A DNA stretch of 64,000 nt from an uncultured Thermoproteales archaeon (GCA_965368245.1 CBDUMD010000008.1:380-64379), one strand, 5' to 3'. Counted from the first letter of the stretch, positions 36,843 through 46,300 are shown. The notes: generated by a model from the letters alone, not told the origin. Numbers and translations are program-made.

Positions 36843-37955
36843 AAGAACACCCACTATTACGCCAACAAAGAAGAACAACAACCAAATGTTTTCCATAAGC
36901 ATTGCCCATATGTGGGAAAAGGTTTTTGTCTCCTCCTCCTGGTTTAGGGGAATTGTATAGAAGTTTTTGCCGTTTACCCTAACAAGGATCTTGAACACCC
37001 CTTTAATGCTGTGGAATCTTGCTTTAACAGTCCTATATGTTATAACCTGCAGTGAAGGACCGGTCCACCGTAGTACCTTTAAATCCAGTATTAACTGGTT
37101 TTCCTGAACTTGGCTACCCACCAGCTTAACCGAGTAACCAGAGTTCCTGAACGCGAAACGCAGTTCTATTTCAACCGTACCATTGCCAAACTTGACAACA
37201 CTCCATTTAGAAAACTCTTCTCTTGTAGGTGTATACGGTATCCACTTCTCCGGTCCCGAAGCCTCCACTTCTATGAGTAGATCATTTTCCATCCCATGGA
37301 AGGGTTTACTCGCTTTCTTTAACACCGTACCGTTAAACGCGCCTGCTAAAGCCTCTACCTGACTTTCGAAACCCACCATGAAGACCTCTGAGGGAGGCGG
37401 GACGAAGGAGGCCCTTATCTTCCAGTCTTCGGGTAGGTTTCTCGTCACAAAAGTCACCTCTGCGATACACTGCTTAGAGTAACCTTCCTCCAGGAACCTT
37501 CCCGTAGCCATGGCGTAAAGTGTTCTAAAGCCACCTTTACTGAGGGGAACAAGATACCAGTAGACTACCGTTATGTTGAACTTGTCTGGAGGCTTTGCTA
37601 GGCTCCAGGCTATAACAGGGTAGTCCCCTAGAATGGTACTATACTTCTGGGAGGTTACATTCCAATATAGTTTTCTTTTGCCTAATAGAACGGTGATGTT
37701 TCCCCTTAAAGCCTCAGGAGGAACCGGGAAAAACATTGTAATATTCTCGTATCCCTTATTAATAAAGGGGTAGAGGCCTATTACAGTAACATTCAACTGT
37801 GCTTCATCATACATATCCAGGATAACTGTAATATACTCCCTTTCCATAATCAGCGTCGGTACAGGTATTGGATTGGCCTCAAGGATTAAAAACATCTTGG
37901 GGAAACATAACATTAAAAATATAGATACAACAACTATGATTAACCTCTTTCGCAA
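36804..37955 (-). CDS. Secreted beta-rich protein with C-terminal TM anchor
   Basis: Signal/TM 'LIIVVVSIFLMLCFPKMFLILEA' and C-terminal TM 'IWLLFFFVGVIVGVLLAYIF'. Downstream of an ABC-2 pair on the same strand, after a gap of about 250 nt. Confidence 0.5.
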   Translation of the reverse strand: MRKRLIIVVVSIFLMLCFPKMFLILEANPIPVPTLIMEREYITVILDMYDEAQLNVTVIGLYPFINKGYENITMFFPVPPEALRGNITVLLGKRKLYWNVTSQKYSTILGDYPVIAWSLAKPPDKFNITVVYWYLVPLSKGGFRTLYAMATGRFLEEGYSKQCIAEVTFVTRNLPEDWKIRASFVPPPSEVFMVGFESQVEALAGAFNGTVLKKASKPFHGMENDLLIEVEASGPEKWIPYTPTREEFSKWSVVKFGNGTVEIELRFAFRNSGYSVKLVGSQVQENQLILDLKVLRWTGPSLQVITYRTVKARFHSIKGVFKILVRVNGKNFYTIPLNQEEETKTFSHIWAMLMENIWLLFFFVGVIVGVLLAYIFTLFKKSG

Positions 37956-38204
37956 ACCATATACACCAACAATACTCCATAAAAGATGTAAATTAACCTT
38001 ACCATGTACAGTTTTTAGAACAATCTTCTAAGAACCAGAAGCTCCGCCTTATTGAAGATGAAGTCTTTAAAATGTCGCGCACAAAGACTCTGAAGACATG
38101 AAACTGAATGTAAAAACTCAGATAAGGCATTGAAGGATACGTTAGAGTACTCTAGAGGAGATCAATAAAATGGATATACATGTTTTGACCATGGACACTG
38201 ACTA

Positions 38205-39071
38205 TTATAACCCTGGTATAGGATTTTTCCTTAGAAAAACGAGTGCTTTTCTAAGGAAAAATACCCCAGCAGATAACAATATAATGGTGTATATTAGAAG
38301 CACAGTAAGTGGGTATATTGGTTCAAAGAAGCCTACACGTCGTAGTAATGCATCTCTACAAACTTCTAAAACATAAGTTTGAGGGAGAAGATAACTTATG
38401 AACCTGATGTTTTCAGGGATTACTTCTATTGGGAAATACACTCCACTAAAGACGCCTCCTAGTGTTGAAACAATCCATAACATTGGATCAATCCCCCTCC
38501 AGGGGCCTATTATGAAAACCAAGCTAGCAGATATGAATCCTATACCTAGTGAAGCGAGAACACCCAGTATTACAGCAATTATTGCTAGGAGATAGTTGGC
38601 GTTATATTCGAGTTTAAAGCCAAGAAGGTATCCGGCAACCAGGTAAATAACGATCGTTACTACTTCATCCACCCAGGAATCCAATATCTGGCCTATAATT
38701 ACCGCGGACATCGGGTCGCCTGACAACATTATATGATCCATGAGTGATATGGTTTGTCTACCGCTACTCATTCCGCTCATGAATAACCTCATAACTTTGG
38801 AAGAAGGGGCACGCATCGTGCTAACTAGGAGTGAATTAACCACCATTCCTATGAGAATATAGGCAAGGAAGTTCCCGCCATAAGGTTTTAAGAAGGGACT
38901 TTTAGCACCAAAGGTTTGGGCATAGTATATGTAGCTTAACACACCGAGAAGGATGTTTGTGAACTGGAATGGTAGAGCCCATTTAAGCCGTAATTTTTTA
39001 ACGCGCATTCCTTGAATGAAATGCTTTTTAATAGTCCTTAAATAAATTGTCAGTCTAGTCTTTCCTTTCAT
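38205..39071 (-). CDS. ABC-2 type permease
   Basis: Six-TM protein. I prefer the start at the ATG at 39071 ('MKGKTRL'), which overlaps the ATPase stop by 17 nt. The track start is 39116. Confidence 0.7.
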   Translation of the reverse strand: MKGKTRLTIYLRTIKKHFIQGMRVKKLRLKWALPFQFTNILLGVLSYIYYAQTFGAKSPFLKPYGGNFLAYILIGMVVNSLLVSTMRAPSSKVMRLFMSGMSSGRQTISLMDHIMLSGDPMSAVIIGQILDSWVDEVVTIVIYLVAGYLLGFKLEYNANYLLAIIAVILGVLASLGIGFISASLVFIIGPWRGIDPMLWIVSTLGGVFSGVYFPIEVIPENIRFISYLLPQTYVLEVCRDALLRRVGFFEPIYPLTVLLIYTIILLSAGVFFLRKALVFLRKNPIPGL

Positions 39072-40134
39072 TTCCGCCCCCTGAAAGCTTAGTGAACTTG
39101 ATGAAAACCTCTTCAAGCGTGGGTTTATGAACTTTAACGAAACGTACTTTACCCCCAGACTTCACTACCCTGTCGATGAGTGGGGGGAGGAGTTCCCTGC
39201 TATCCTTTGTTGTTAAATAGGCTTTTAGTAAATCATTGGTGTAGTTGAGTGGTTCTATCCTCACCTTAGATTCACCTGGTAAAGCTCTTTCAATATTCTC
39301 TCTAAATACACCTATATTGATGCCTTCTACCTCTATTTCTACGATCTCCTCCTTGATTTTCTCCACCAATTCTTCAGGTGTCCCTATAGCCATAATCCTT
39401 CCTTTATTCAATATGGCAACTCTATCAGCTATTCTCTCAGCTTCCTCTATGCTGTTTGTTGCGTAAAGGATAGAGCTACCAGCCTTACGTAAATTCTTTA
39501 TGTAACCTAGTAGATCAACGACTATCTCCCTTGAAAGCCCGGTCATCGGCTCATCCATAAGGTAGATTCCACTCTCTTTGAGGAGGCCGGAGGCGAGGAC
39601 AAGTCTGGCGTGTATGCCCGACGATAAAGCTGCTGCTTTTACATTCTTAATCTCACTTAAACCGGTTATCTCAAGCGCCCACTCGATCCTACCTTTATCC
39701 AGATTTAGGAGTTCGGCATAGTTCCTGAGGTTCTCTTTTAGGGTAAAGAACCCGTTTATCCAAGCACCACCAAGGAGTAGGCCAGGAATATATGTAACTC
39801 GTCTAGCTATCTCTTCACAAGTTAAATTCAATATATCAATACCATCGATAAGTACCTTTCCTGAAGTTGGGAGAAGAAGCCCAGCAATTATTTTCAAAAG
39901 GGTGGTTTTGCCGGAACCATTGGGGCCAAGCAAACATAATATCTCCCCCCTACGTAAAGTAAGATTTATCCTGTCCAGAGCTTTTATTGTAATCCTATTT
40001 CCCTTTTTAAAGTACTCGTAATAAAGTTTGGTAAGAAAACCGGCTGGAGTACCTGGAAAATTGGATATAGAAACATGCGTAGGAAGGGTGAATATACGGG
40101 TCAGATCGATGACCTTAACCGGATCCATGTTCAT
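39055..40134 (-). CDS. ABC transporter ATP-binding protein with a C-terminal accessory domain
   Basis: Walker A 'GPNGSGKTT', signature 'LSSGIHARL', Walker B 'IYLMDEPMTGL'. Confidence 0.85.
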   Translation of the reverse strand: MNMDPVKVIDLTRIFTLPTHVSISNFPGTPAGFLTKLYYEYFKKGNRITIKALDRINLTLRRGEILCLLGPNGSGKTTLLKIIAGLLLPTSGKVLIDGIDILNLTCEEIARRVTYIPGLLLGGAWINGFFTLKENLRNYAELLNLDKGRIEWALEITGLSEIKNVKAAALSSGIHARLVLASGLLKESGIYLMDEPMTGLSREIVVDLLGYIKNLRKAGSSILYATNSIEEAERIADRVAILNKGRIMAIGTPEELVEKIKEEIVEIEVEGINIGVFRENIERALPGESKVRIEPLNYTNDLLKAYLTTKDSRELLPPLIDRVVKSGGKVRFVKVHKPTLEEVFIKFTKLSGGGNERKD

Positions 40135-40137
40135 AAT

Positions 40138-40166
40138 ATATAATGTTTTTCCGTATATAATGTTTT
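40138..40166. promoter_or_regulatory. Duplicated TATA-like 13-mer upstream of the 40134 (-) ABC operon
   Basis: TATATAATGTTTT occurs at 40138-40150 and again at 40154-40166 (period 16). The distal copy sits about 20-32 nt upstream of the start codon. Confidence 0.35.
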
Positions 40167-40306
40167 CATAAAATGTTACTTCATTCTTTATTTTAAATGA
40201 TAACCCTAAAATTTATTTTTAACTATATGAAATTATTGCCGTCACCGGAAGCCGGAATCTGATAATATTTATAAATGCAATGTGATTAATTTAGATAGAG
40301 TCGTGT

Positions 40307-40744
40307 ATGAAGAGGCTTTATAGATCCAGGAAAGAAAGGATTCTAGGAGGAGTCTGTGGAGGATTAGGGAAGTACTTTAACGTGGATCCAAATATCATAA
40401 GGTTGCTGTGGATAGCATTCACCCTTTTTTATGGTATAGGTGTTCTGCTCTATATCCTAGCCTGGATAATCATACCAGAGGAGCCTGGCGAGGAAGCGGA
40501 GAGTGAAGGTGGATCAGGGAGACTCTTAATTCTCGCTATTCTAATCGTGTTACTGGTGATTTTAGCGTTCAAGATATTGCTACCTCTTGCTACTATATTA
40601 AGTATCGGCCATATTATCGGAATGTTTTCCATGATGGGGCGCTTGGTTCTCCCCCCGGCAATACTGTTTTTCGTTATAGGTCTAGTTGGAACATTCATTC
40701 TTATTATTCTACTTTTGGTGTTCCTTGCCCGCGCTGTCTTATAG
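40307..40744 (+). CDS. PspC-domain membrane protein
   Basis: 'RSRKERILGGVCGGLGKYFNVDPNIIRLLWIAFTLFYGIGVLLYILAWIIIP' is the PspC domain, followed by further TM segments. Confidence 0.75.
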   Translation: MKRLYRSRKERILGGVCGGLGKYFNVDPNIIRLLWIAFTLFYGIGVLLYILAWIIIPEEPGEEAESEGGSGRLLILAILIVLLVILAFKILLPLATILSIGHIIGMFSMMGRLVLPPAILFFVIGLVGTFILIILLLVFLARAVL

Positions 40745-40966
40745 GTAATTTTATTGAGGGAAGTATTTTATTGGGTGCTGGAATCTAAGTATATTTGGGG
40801 GCGATGATAGGAAGGGACCTCGCCGATGGCTGAGGACGCTAGTTTGCATTGAGCCGCCCTAAATTCTCCTGGAAGAAAACATGCGGTTCCACAGCCTGGA
40901 TAAACCATGGTTTAAGGGTAGGTAAAGTTATTTTGTTGTGGTTGTTTTCAATGGTTGTGTGAGTTT

Positions 40967-41968
40967 ATGGGAGAAGCGGATATTAAGGTGGTTGAAGAAA
41001 AGATTCTTAGTTTAGCGTCTTCGTTAAGGGTGCGGATCTACAGCGACGGAGACTGGGATGGGATTCTAGCCTCAGCTATACTTTTACGCTGGCTTAGAAG
41101 CAGGGTTCGTTCCGTCGACTTAGATTGGGTTTACTTTCCACAGCCAGGGAGAATCTCCGGCATGAAGGTGGAAGACGCCATTATAATCGAGCTTCCTCCC
41201 TCAAGGGGATACGAGGTAGCTGGCACTTGTATACTCTTCGACCACCATGCATTCACTGGTGTCATGGAGCTGTCTAAGGGAGGCTTATCCAGAAAGCTAT
41301 TGGTTCTGGATAAGCATTTTCCAAGTGTTTCAAGGCTGGTTGCAGATGTGTTGAAGGCTTGGACGTTGATAGAGGATTTAAGGGAAATAGTGGATGCCGT
41401 GGACCTTATCGATGAAGGGAGGAGCATGGCTGATGAGAAAGCATGGTTGATGCATAGGGCGTATTTAGCTAGGAAAGATGACTCAGGGTATCGTCGCCGG
41501 CTATTAGAGCTACTATATAATGGAGAAAAAGATGAATTGATGAGGCTCATAGAAGAGGATGCGCGTAAATACGATGAGGCGAGGAAGAGGGTTTTCCCCA
41601 AGATGCTTGAGAGATGTGTCACAGCTGGTGGAGTGGCGTTTACATGGTATCTTCTATCAAGCACCGAGGAGAGGATGGTGTTCCGTGAGGTAATGATGAG
41701 GCTTGAAGAAGACAACCCTGTGGTGGTTGTAGCAGGGGTAAGGGAGGATGGCACCATAGATAGACTACATCTCGCATCGAGGAAGATAAACGTTGGAGAC
41801 TATGTGGAGAAGGTGTTGAGGTTCCTGAGAGAGAAGGGGGTTACAGGAGGCGGGAAACGTAGCGCAGGCGGAATACAGTTTCCCCTGCTTGTCCTCAGGT
41901 TGGAGGATAAAGAGAAAATTTTGGAGATGTTCAGGAATCTTTATGGTGAAGCAGATACTTGTCTATAA
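40967..41968 (+). CDS. DHH-superfamily phosphoesterase-like protein
   Basis: 'IYSDGDWDG' (DxD-like motif I) and 'ILFDHHAF' (DHH motif). Start taken at the ATG at 40967; the track's TTG is at 40955. Confidence 0.5.
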   Translation: MGEADIKVVEEKILSLASSLRVRIYSDGDWDGILASAILLRWLRSRVRSVDLDWVYFPQPGRISGMKVEDAIIIELPPSRGYEVAGTCILFDHHAFTGVMELSKGGLSRKLLVLDKHFPSVSRLVADVLKAWTLIEDLREIVDAVDLIDEGRSMADEKAWLMHRAYLARKDDSGYRRRLLELLYNGEKDELMRLIEEDARKYDEARKRVFPKMLERCVTAGGVAFTWYLLSSTEERMVFREVMMRLEEDNPVVVVAGVREDGTIDRLHLASRKINVGDYVEKVLRFLREKGVTGGGKRSAGGIQFPLLVLRLEDKEKILEMFRNLYGEADTCL

Positions 41969-43715
41969 ACGATTGTATTCTCGCCTGCATGTCAAGCCTG
42001 TTTTCCGGTTTCGAGATTATATGCCATTCACCTCTATAGATCTTGTATTCAAACCTTTTACCCAATTGTCTTAACCTCCGTATAAGCATTTTGGCTTGGG
42101 AAACAGGGACCACGGTGTCAGCGTCCCCATGTATTATGAGGAGAGGTGCGTTCAGTTTATCCAGATAGTGTATTGGAGAACATTTTCTCCATAGCTCCCG
42201 GTCTTCCCCCATTTCCGCTCGAATAAGTTTTCTCGCAAACCTGTCTGCCTCCCTGGTGTAGGACTCCATGTCAACTATACCGGCGATCTCCACGCCCATG
42301 CAAAAATCCCTGGGCATATGTGTTAACGCTACCAGAACACCGTAGCCGCCTGCACTAGCACCATATACCCCTATTCTCTGTGCATCTACATATCCCAGAG
42401 ATTTAAGGTAGTTTAGACAAGCCCCCAGATCCTCCACTAGGATCCTACACCATCTACCATGCAAAGCATAGTGGAATCCTCTTCCAAACCCACTGCTACC
42501 AGTATAATTCAATTCGACCACCACTATACCCCTGTAAACCAGTTTCTGTAGTGAAGGCTTCCAGCTTCTCAGGTATTGCATATTTGGGCCCCCATGAAGG
42601 AATATGATTGCTGGCAGTTTACCTTGAAACCTGGGGGGAGGTCTGTATAGGAGAAGGTTTACCTTCCTCCCATGAACTTTAAGGTAGACCACCTCGGGTT
42701 TAACTATCTTGTGGAAGGGGGCTCCAATAGGCCTGGTGTCGACTATACATTCAACAGTGTCTCTTATGGAGTCATAAACGTATAGTGAGGGTGGATGGCT
42801 GGGGGACTGGTGGATGAAGGCTAGGAAGCGGCCATCAGGAGACCATTTCAGCTGGCTGTTCACACCATCCATTAACACCCGTTTTCCACCGGTGTTAAGG
42901 TCGAGTATAACTAGCTTTTTATCGCAGTCGACGTTTACTGTTAAAGCCACCAGGTTTCCCTTCGGCGAAAAAACATACTCTTCTACATCATGTTTTAACT
43001 CCGTTAGCTTCGTCTCGACTCCGTTTAAATCCAGAGTGTAAATGTTGTAGAAGCCATCTCTATCGGAAAGAAATGCGATAGAATCTCTGCCGGGAATCCA
43101 TCTCACCTTGATATCAGAGCTTCCGTCAAGTTCGGTCAACATCTGAACTTTCTTTGAGTTGGTCTCAATAACGCCTATGCTGGATTCGTGCCACGGGTAG
43201 TCTTCCCTGGGATAGGCCGCAAATGCTATCTTGCTTCCATCCATGGACCACGTGGGGGCTGTAAAGGAGTATCTTTCATCCGATAAAATGGCCTCCAGGG
43301 ATTTTTCCTTAAGGTCACATACATATAGTTCTTCATCGCCCTCCATGTTCATTACGAAGCATATTTTCGTGTCGTCTGGGGACCATGCTGGACTAGTATG
43401 AACGCCGGGGCCTCCGGTAGCCTTAAACCCCTTTCCTTTAGTGAGATCGTATATCCAGATCTTTTTGTCTGAAGCTAGGTACGCTAGCCTGCCACCGTCC
43501 CGTGACACGCTCATCCTCCAGCCTAAGGGGGATTCGTAGAGCGGTGCTAGGCTTTTTTCAAGGAAAATCTCTCTCGGGAAATCCTTCAAGCCTTTAATTA
43601 AATTGAGGCGGCCTCTCCAAAAGAATATTAAGCCCTTACCCTTATACACCCATTCAGGCGAATATACTCCGCTGATACCGGCTAGGCGATCTACGAGATG
43701 CAGTTCATCTTCCAT
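41931..43715 (-). CDS. S9-family serine peptidase (prolyl oligopeptidase/acylaminoacyl-peptidase type) with an N-terminal beta-propeller
   Basis: Nucleophile 'GVYGASAGGYG' (GxSxGG), 'IIHGDADTVVP', 'GEWHII'. The N-terminal half has WD-like propeller repeats ('AWSPDD', 'TWSMDGSKIAF', 'KWSPDGRFLAF'). Confidence 0.85.
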   Translation of the reverse strand: MEDELHLVDRLAGISGVYSPEWVYKGKGLIFFWRGRLNLIKGLKDFPREIFLEKSLAPLYESPLGWRMSVSRDGGRLAYLASDKKIWIYDLTKGKGFKATGGPGVHTSPAWSPDDTKICFVMNMEGDEELYVCDLKEKSLEAILSDERYSFTAPTWSMDGSKIAFAAYPREDYPWHESSIGVIETNSKKVQMLTELDGSSDIKVRWIPGRDSIAFLSDRDGFYNIYTLDLNGVETKLTELKHDVEEYVFSPKGNLVALTVNVDCDKKLVILDLNTGGKRVLMDGVNSQLKWSPDGRFLAFIHQSPSHPPSLYVYDSIRDTVECIVDTRPIGAPFHKIVKPEVVYLKVHGRKVNLLLYRPPPRFQGKLPAIIFLHGGPNMQYLRSWKPSLQKLVYRGIVVVELNYTGSSGFGRGFHYALHGRWCRILVEDLGACLNYLKSLGYVDAQRIGVYGASAGGYGVLVALTHMPRDFCMGVEIAGIVDMESYTREADRFARKLIRAEMGEDRELWRKCSPIHYLDKLNAPLLIIHGDADTVVPVSQAKMLIRRLRQLGKRFEYKIYRGEWHIISKPENRLDMQARIQSFIDKYLLHHKDS

Positions 43716-43754
43716 GGAAAACGAAAAAACGTTACATTAATAACCTTTTACTTT

Positions 43755-44237
43755 TCAACCACCTTGCTTATCTTCTACTTTCCCAACCCTTGAAATTACA
43801 ATAAACCCTATCACAGTGGCTGGTAATCCGCTTGATGTTCCAATGGATATAAAGATGCGTGGAGGGCCGACAGCTGGCATTACTGAAACTATTTTTTCGC
43901 CGTCTTCCTCCAGTTTTTCGAGAAAACGTCCTAGAGCTTCTAGATCATCTGGGAAGTTGTCGACCTTCATGTATCTTATCCTCCAGGTCTTACCTTTAAA
44001 TACCATTCTAGCTCTTTTTGAAGGGACTCTTGGCTTCTGGAACTTAAGCTTCCTAGCTAGATAAATTATGGCATCCTCTCTTTTTGGTGCAACATAATAG
44101 TATCTTAGTTCTTTAACTGTAGCTTCTATCATCTTCTCGAGTTCCTCCTCCGAATACCTCTCCCTCAACTTACGGTAAGCCTCATCAACGTCCATCAAAT
44201 CCCTCTCCAACCTCTTCACCCTATATATTAGCATCAC
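43755..44237 (-). CDS. Hypothetical protein
   Basis: 160-aa ORF with a charged helical N-terminal half. No motif recognised. Confidence 0.45.
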   Translation of the reverse strand: MMLIYRVKRLERDLMDVDEAYRKLRERYSEEELEKMIEATVKELRYYYVAPKREDAIIYLARKLKFQKPRVPSKRARMVFKGKTWRIRYMKVDNFPDDLEALGRFLEKLEEDGEKIVSVMPAVGPPRIFISIGTSSGLPATVIGFIVISRVGKVEDKQGG

Positions 44238-44512
44238 CTTATTTGATTAAGTTAACGGAAATGAATTACAGTAAATTAAGCTAAATGATTATACCTTCAC
44301 CATATGGACTTCTACCAGTCGAACAGTAAAAACAGTATGAGAGAAAGAAGATTGACTCTTGTCCCTCGTGCTCGTGCTTACATTTAACCTCCATTTAATT
44401 GCATTAAGCAGGGTTTGGAGGGGTTTGGGGTGAACAGCAAATATTTTGGAAAAATCACTAGTATTTTAAATTAAAAATTAAAATCTTTTAAATAATATCA
44501 TGGTATAGCCTG

Positions 44513-45319
44513 GTGCTGGCAGCCATGTTCGTAAGGTATGTTCCCTGGATGATCTATGCTGGAGACAGAGACATCTATGAAGTATACTTTACTGTAATTA
44601 ACAGGCCAGGGGAGCTACGTAATGCACTAGAAGTATTCGCTAAATACAAGGTGAACATCTTGAACATCAGTGCTCATTCCTCCGAAGGCTTGGAACGAGC
44701 CCCTGTTTTCACTTTTGTAGAATTGACAGATAAGAGTATAAATATAGAAGAGGTGAAAAAAGAGTTAGAAAGGGTTACAGGTAGTGAAGTGTACCTTAAA
44801 AGCTCTCCCGTTAAAGGATTCATGATGGACGAACTAGCCTTCCCCCTCTACGTGTTTCCTGGTGTAAGATCCATAATTATGCTGGAAAACGATTTTACTA
44901 TGATGGTTAAAGGCCTATACGAGAGGTTAGGGTACATAGCTGCAACCTTCCTTTACCATCTAGCCTTCTCCGGCGGAAGGTTTATGGCCGAGTATTTGTC
45001 CAGGAAGCTTGGACTTAAGGGGAAAACGTTGCTCCTAGAGATCCTAAAGTTCTACCAGGCTGGGGGCTGGGGCAGAGTAGAGTTGGTTGAATATAGGCCG
45101 GAAAATTTCGAAATAACATTGAGGCTACACGACTCTATTGAATGTAAGATCTTTAGGGATGGGGGTAAACCTTCAAGCCACTTCATTAGGGGGCATCTCA
45201 GCGGGCTTCTCTCAAAGTTCCTAAACGCGGAAATAAGGATGATGGAGTCCAAATGTATTGCAGCAGGAGACCCGTTCTGTGAATTCTATACAGAGAAAAT
45301 TAGGGGAAGAAACCTTTAA
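44513..45319 (+). CDS. ACT-domain + V4R-domain protein (small-molecule-binding regulator-like)
   Basis: N-terminal ACT-like 'YEVYFTVINRPGELRNALEVFAKYKVNILNISAH'. C-terminal V4R-like region ending 'CIAAGDPFCEFY'. GTG at 44513; an alternative ATG is at 44525. Confidence 0.65.
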   Translation: MLAAMFVRYVPWMIYAGDRDIYEVYFTVINRPGELRNALEVFAKYKVNILNISAHSSEGLERAPVFTFVELTDKSINIEEVKKELERVTGSEVYLKSSPVKGFMMDELAFPLYVFPGVRSIIMLENDFTMMVKGLYERLGYIAATFLYHLAFSGGRFMAEYLSRKLGLKGKTLLLEILKFYQAGGWGRVELVEYRPENFEITLRLHDSIECKIFRDGGKPSSHFIRGHLSGLLSKFLNAEIRMMESKCIAAGDPFCEFYTEKIRGRNL

Positions 45320-45358
45320 GTATTTCAAATTGTATCATTTTGTGTCGGAGAGTAGTGG

Positions 45359-45997
45359 ATGACGGAAAGACTACTACCACCGAGGGAAGCGTGTAAGCGT
45401 CTTGGTATTAGCTTCATTACTTTAAAGAGGTGGATTTACTCAGGTAAGATTAGAGCAGTCAAGACTCCTACTGGTAGATGGATGATACCAGAAAGTGAGA
45501 TAGAGAGGATAGTGAGTGGAAAAGAGAGAGTAAAAGAGGTAAGAGCAGTAATTTATGCTCGTATAAGCTCTAGCGACCAGAAGAGTGATTTAGAGAGACA
45601 GATAAAATATCTTACACAGTACTGTACTGCTAAAGGATATAGAATAGTAGATGTTCTGAGCGATATTGCTAGTGGGCTAAAGACTAATCGTAGAGGACTA
45701 ATGAAGCTATTCAAGTATGTGGTGGATAGGCAAGTAGATGTAGTAGTTATTACCTATAAGGATAGGCTTACGAGGTTCGGCTTCGAGTACTTAGAGTACT
45801 TCTTCAAACAGCATGGTGTATGTATAGAAGTTGTCTATGGGGAAGAACCTAGAGACGCTTACCAAGAACTAGTAGAGGACTTACTAGCAGTAGTTAAATC
45901 GTTCGCTGATAAGCTCTATGGTATGAGGAGTCGTAGGAAAAAGAAGCTCGTTCAAGGCTTCAAGGAGCTATTAGAGGAGGTTGAGAAGAATAACTAG
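45359..45997 (+). CDS. tnpA: IS607-family serine recombinase/transposase (MerR-like HTH + resolvase catalytic domain)
   Basis: HTH 'EACKRLGISFITLKRWIYSGKIRAVKTPTGRWMIPESEI'. Catalytic region 'AVIYARISSSDQKSDLERQ'. Confidence 0.85.
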   Translation: MTERLLPPREACKRLGISFITLKRWIYSGKIRAVKTPTGRWMIPESEIERIVSGKERVKEVRAVIYARISSSDQKSDLERQIKYLTQYCTAKGYRIVDVLSDIASGLKTNRRGLMKLFKYVVDRQVDVVVITYKDRLTRFGFEYLEYFFKQHGVCIEVVYGEEPRDAYQELVEDLLAVVKSFADKLYGMRSRRKKKLVQGFKELLEEVEKNN

Positions 45998-45998
45998 A

Positions 45999-46275
45999 GT
46001 GACTAGAACTGTCATAGTGAAAAGCGTGAAGCTACCGAGGAAGGTGTAGTATAGGCGGAGAGCTGTGGCACCGTGACGTAGTCGCTGTCTGGAATCTCCT
46101 CTTCAAGGCCCTGCGGGGCTTGGAGCATGGCTCCCATTACTCCGCAGGGCATGCCACCCTAGATGGGAGGCCCGTGCCGTTGGTCTCGACCGCCACCCAT
46201 GACCCCATAGGGATAAGCAAGTCTCTGTGGCGAGGTGGAAGTCCCTACTACAAATACAAAAAGCAACAGTTTTAA
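45999..46275 (+). pseudogene. tnpB: tnpB remnant: the first 16 codons, then a stop, joined out of frame to about 75 C-terminal codons
   Basis: GTG at 45999 gives 'VTRTVIVKSVKLPRKV*' (a TnpB-like N-terminus). The +1 frame from 46048 reads 'SIGGELWHRDVVAVWNLLFKALRGLEHG...YYKYKKQQF*'. Its 'HRDVVAVWNLL' resembles the RuvC-III 'DRD(V/L)NAA.NI' motif of TnpB. Confidence 0.6.
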
Positions 46276-46300
46276 ATAAAATGAAGCGGTAGGGACAAAC
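46100..46300 (+). ncRNA. Candidate omegaRNA(reRNA)-like structured region at the tnpB 3' end / element right end
   Basis: GC-rich compared with flanks. Nested hairpin: 46108-46116 (GCCCTGCGG) pairs with 46142-46150 (CCGCAGGGC), enclosing GGAGC (46122-46126) and GCTCC (46130-46134). CGCCAC..GTGGCG pairing around 46190/46228. GTCCCTAC (46241-46248) pairs with GTAGGGAC (46289-46296). Confidence 0.35.

Larger units (their letters stand above)
45330..46300 (+). mobile_element. IS607-type insertion element (IS200/IS605 superfamily): intact serine-recombinase tnpA and an internally deleted tnpB. Element boundaries are approximate.
   Basis: tnpA 45359..45997. A tnpB start codon overlaps the tnpA end. 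A tnpB C-terminal remnant and structured 3' region extend to about 46296. Ends could not be defined from sequence alone. Confidence 0.55.

Noticed and set aside
40799-40860. Possible C/D-box sRNA or other small RNA ('gcgatgata..ctga') with a GGCGA/TCGCC hairpin
   Set aside because: The C-box match is only 5 of 7. No C' box or second D box lies at the proper spacing, and the stems are short. This is not enough to call an RNA gene.
41131-41757. 208-aa minus-strand ORF inside the DHH-like gene
   Set aside because: It is nested antisense to the gene and is serine-rich and low-complexity. The same reasoning applies to 15893..16411, 57082..57621, 56268..56675, 60858..61271 and the many 60-130-aa antisense ORFs in the track.
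44411-44430. G-tract motif GGGTTTGGAGGGGTTTGGGG (possible G-quadruplex) upstream of the ACT-V4R gene
   Set aside because: It is an isolated short motif with one 2-G tract and nothing ties it to a function. It is noted only.
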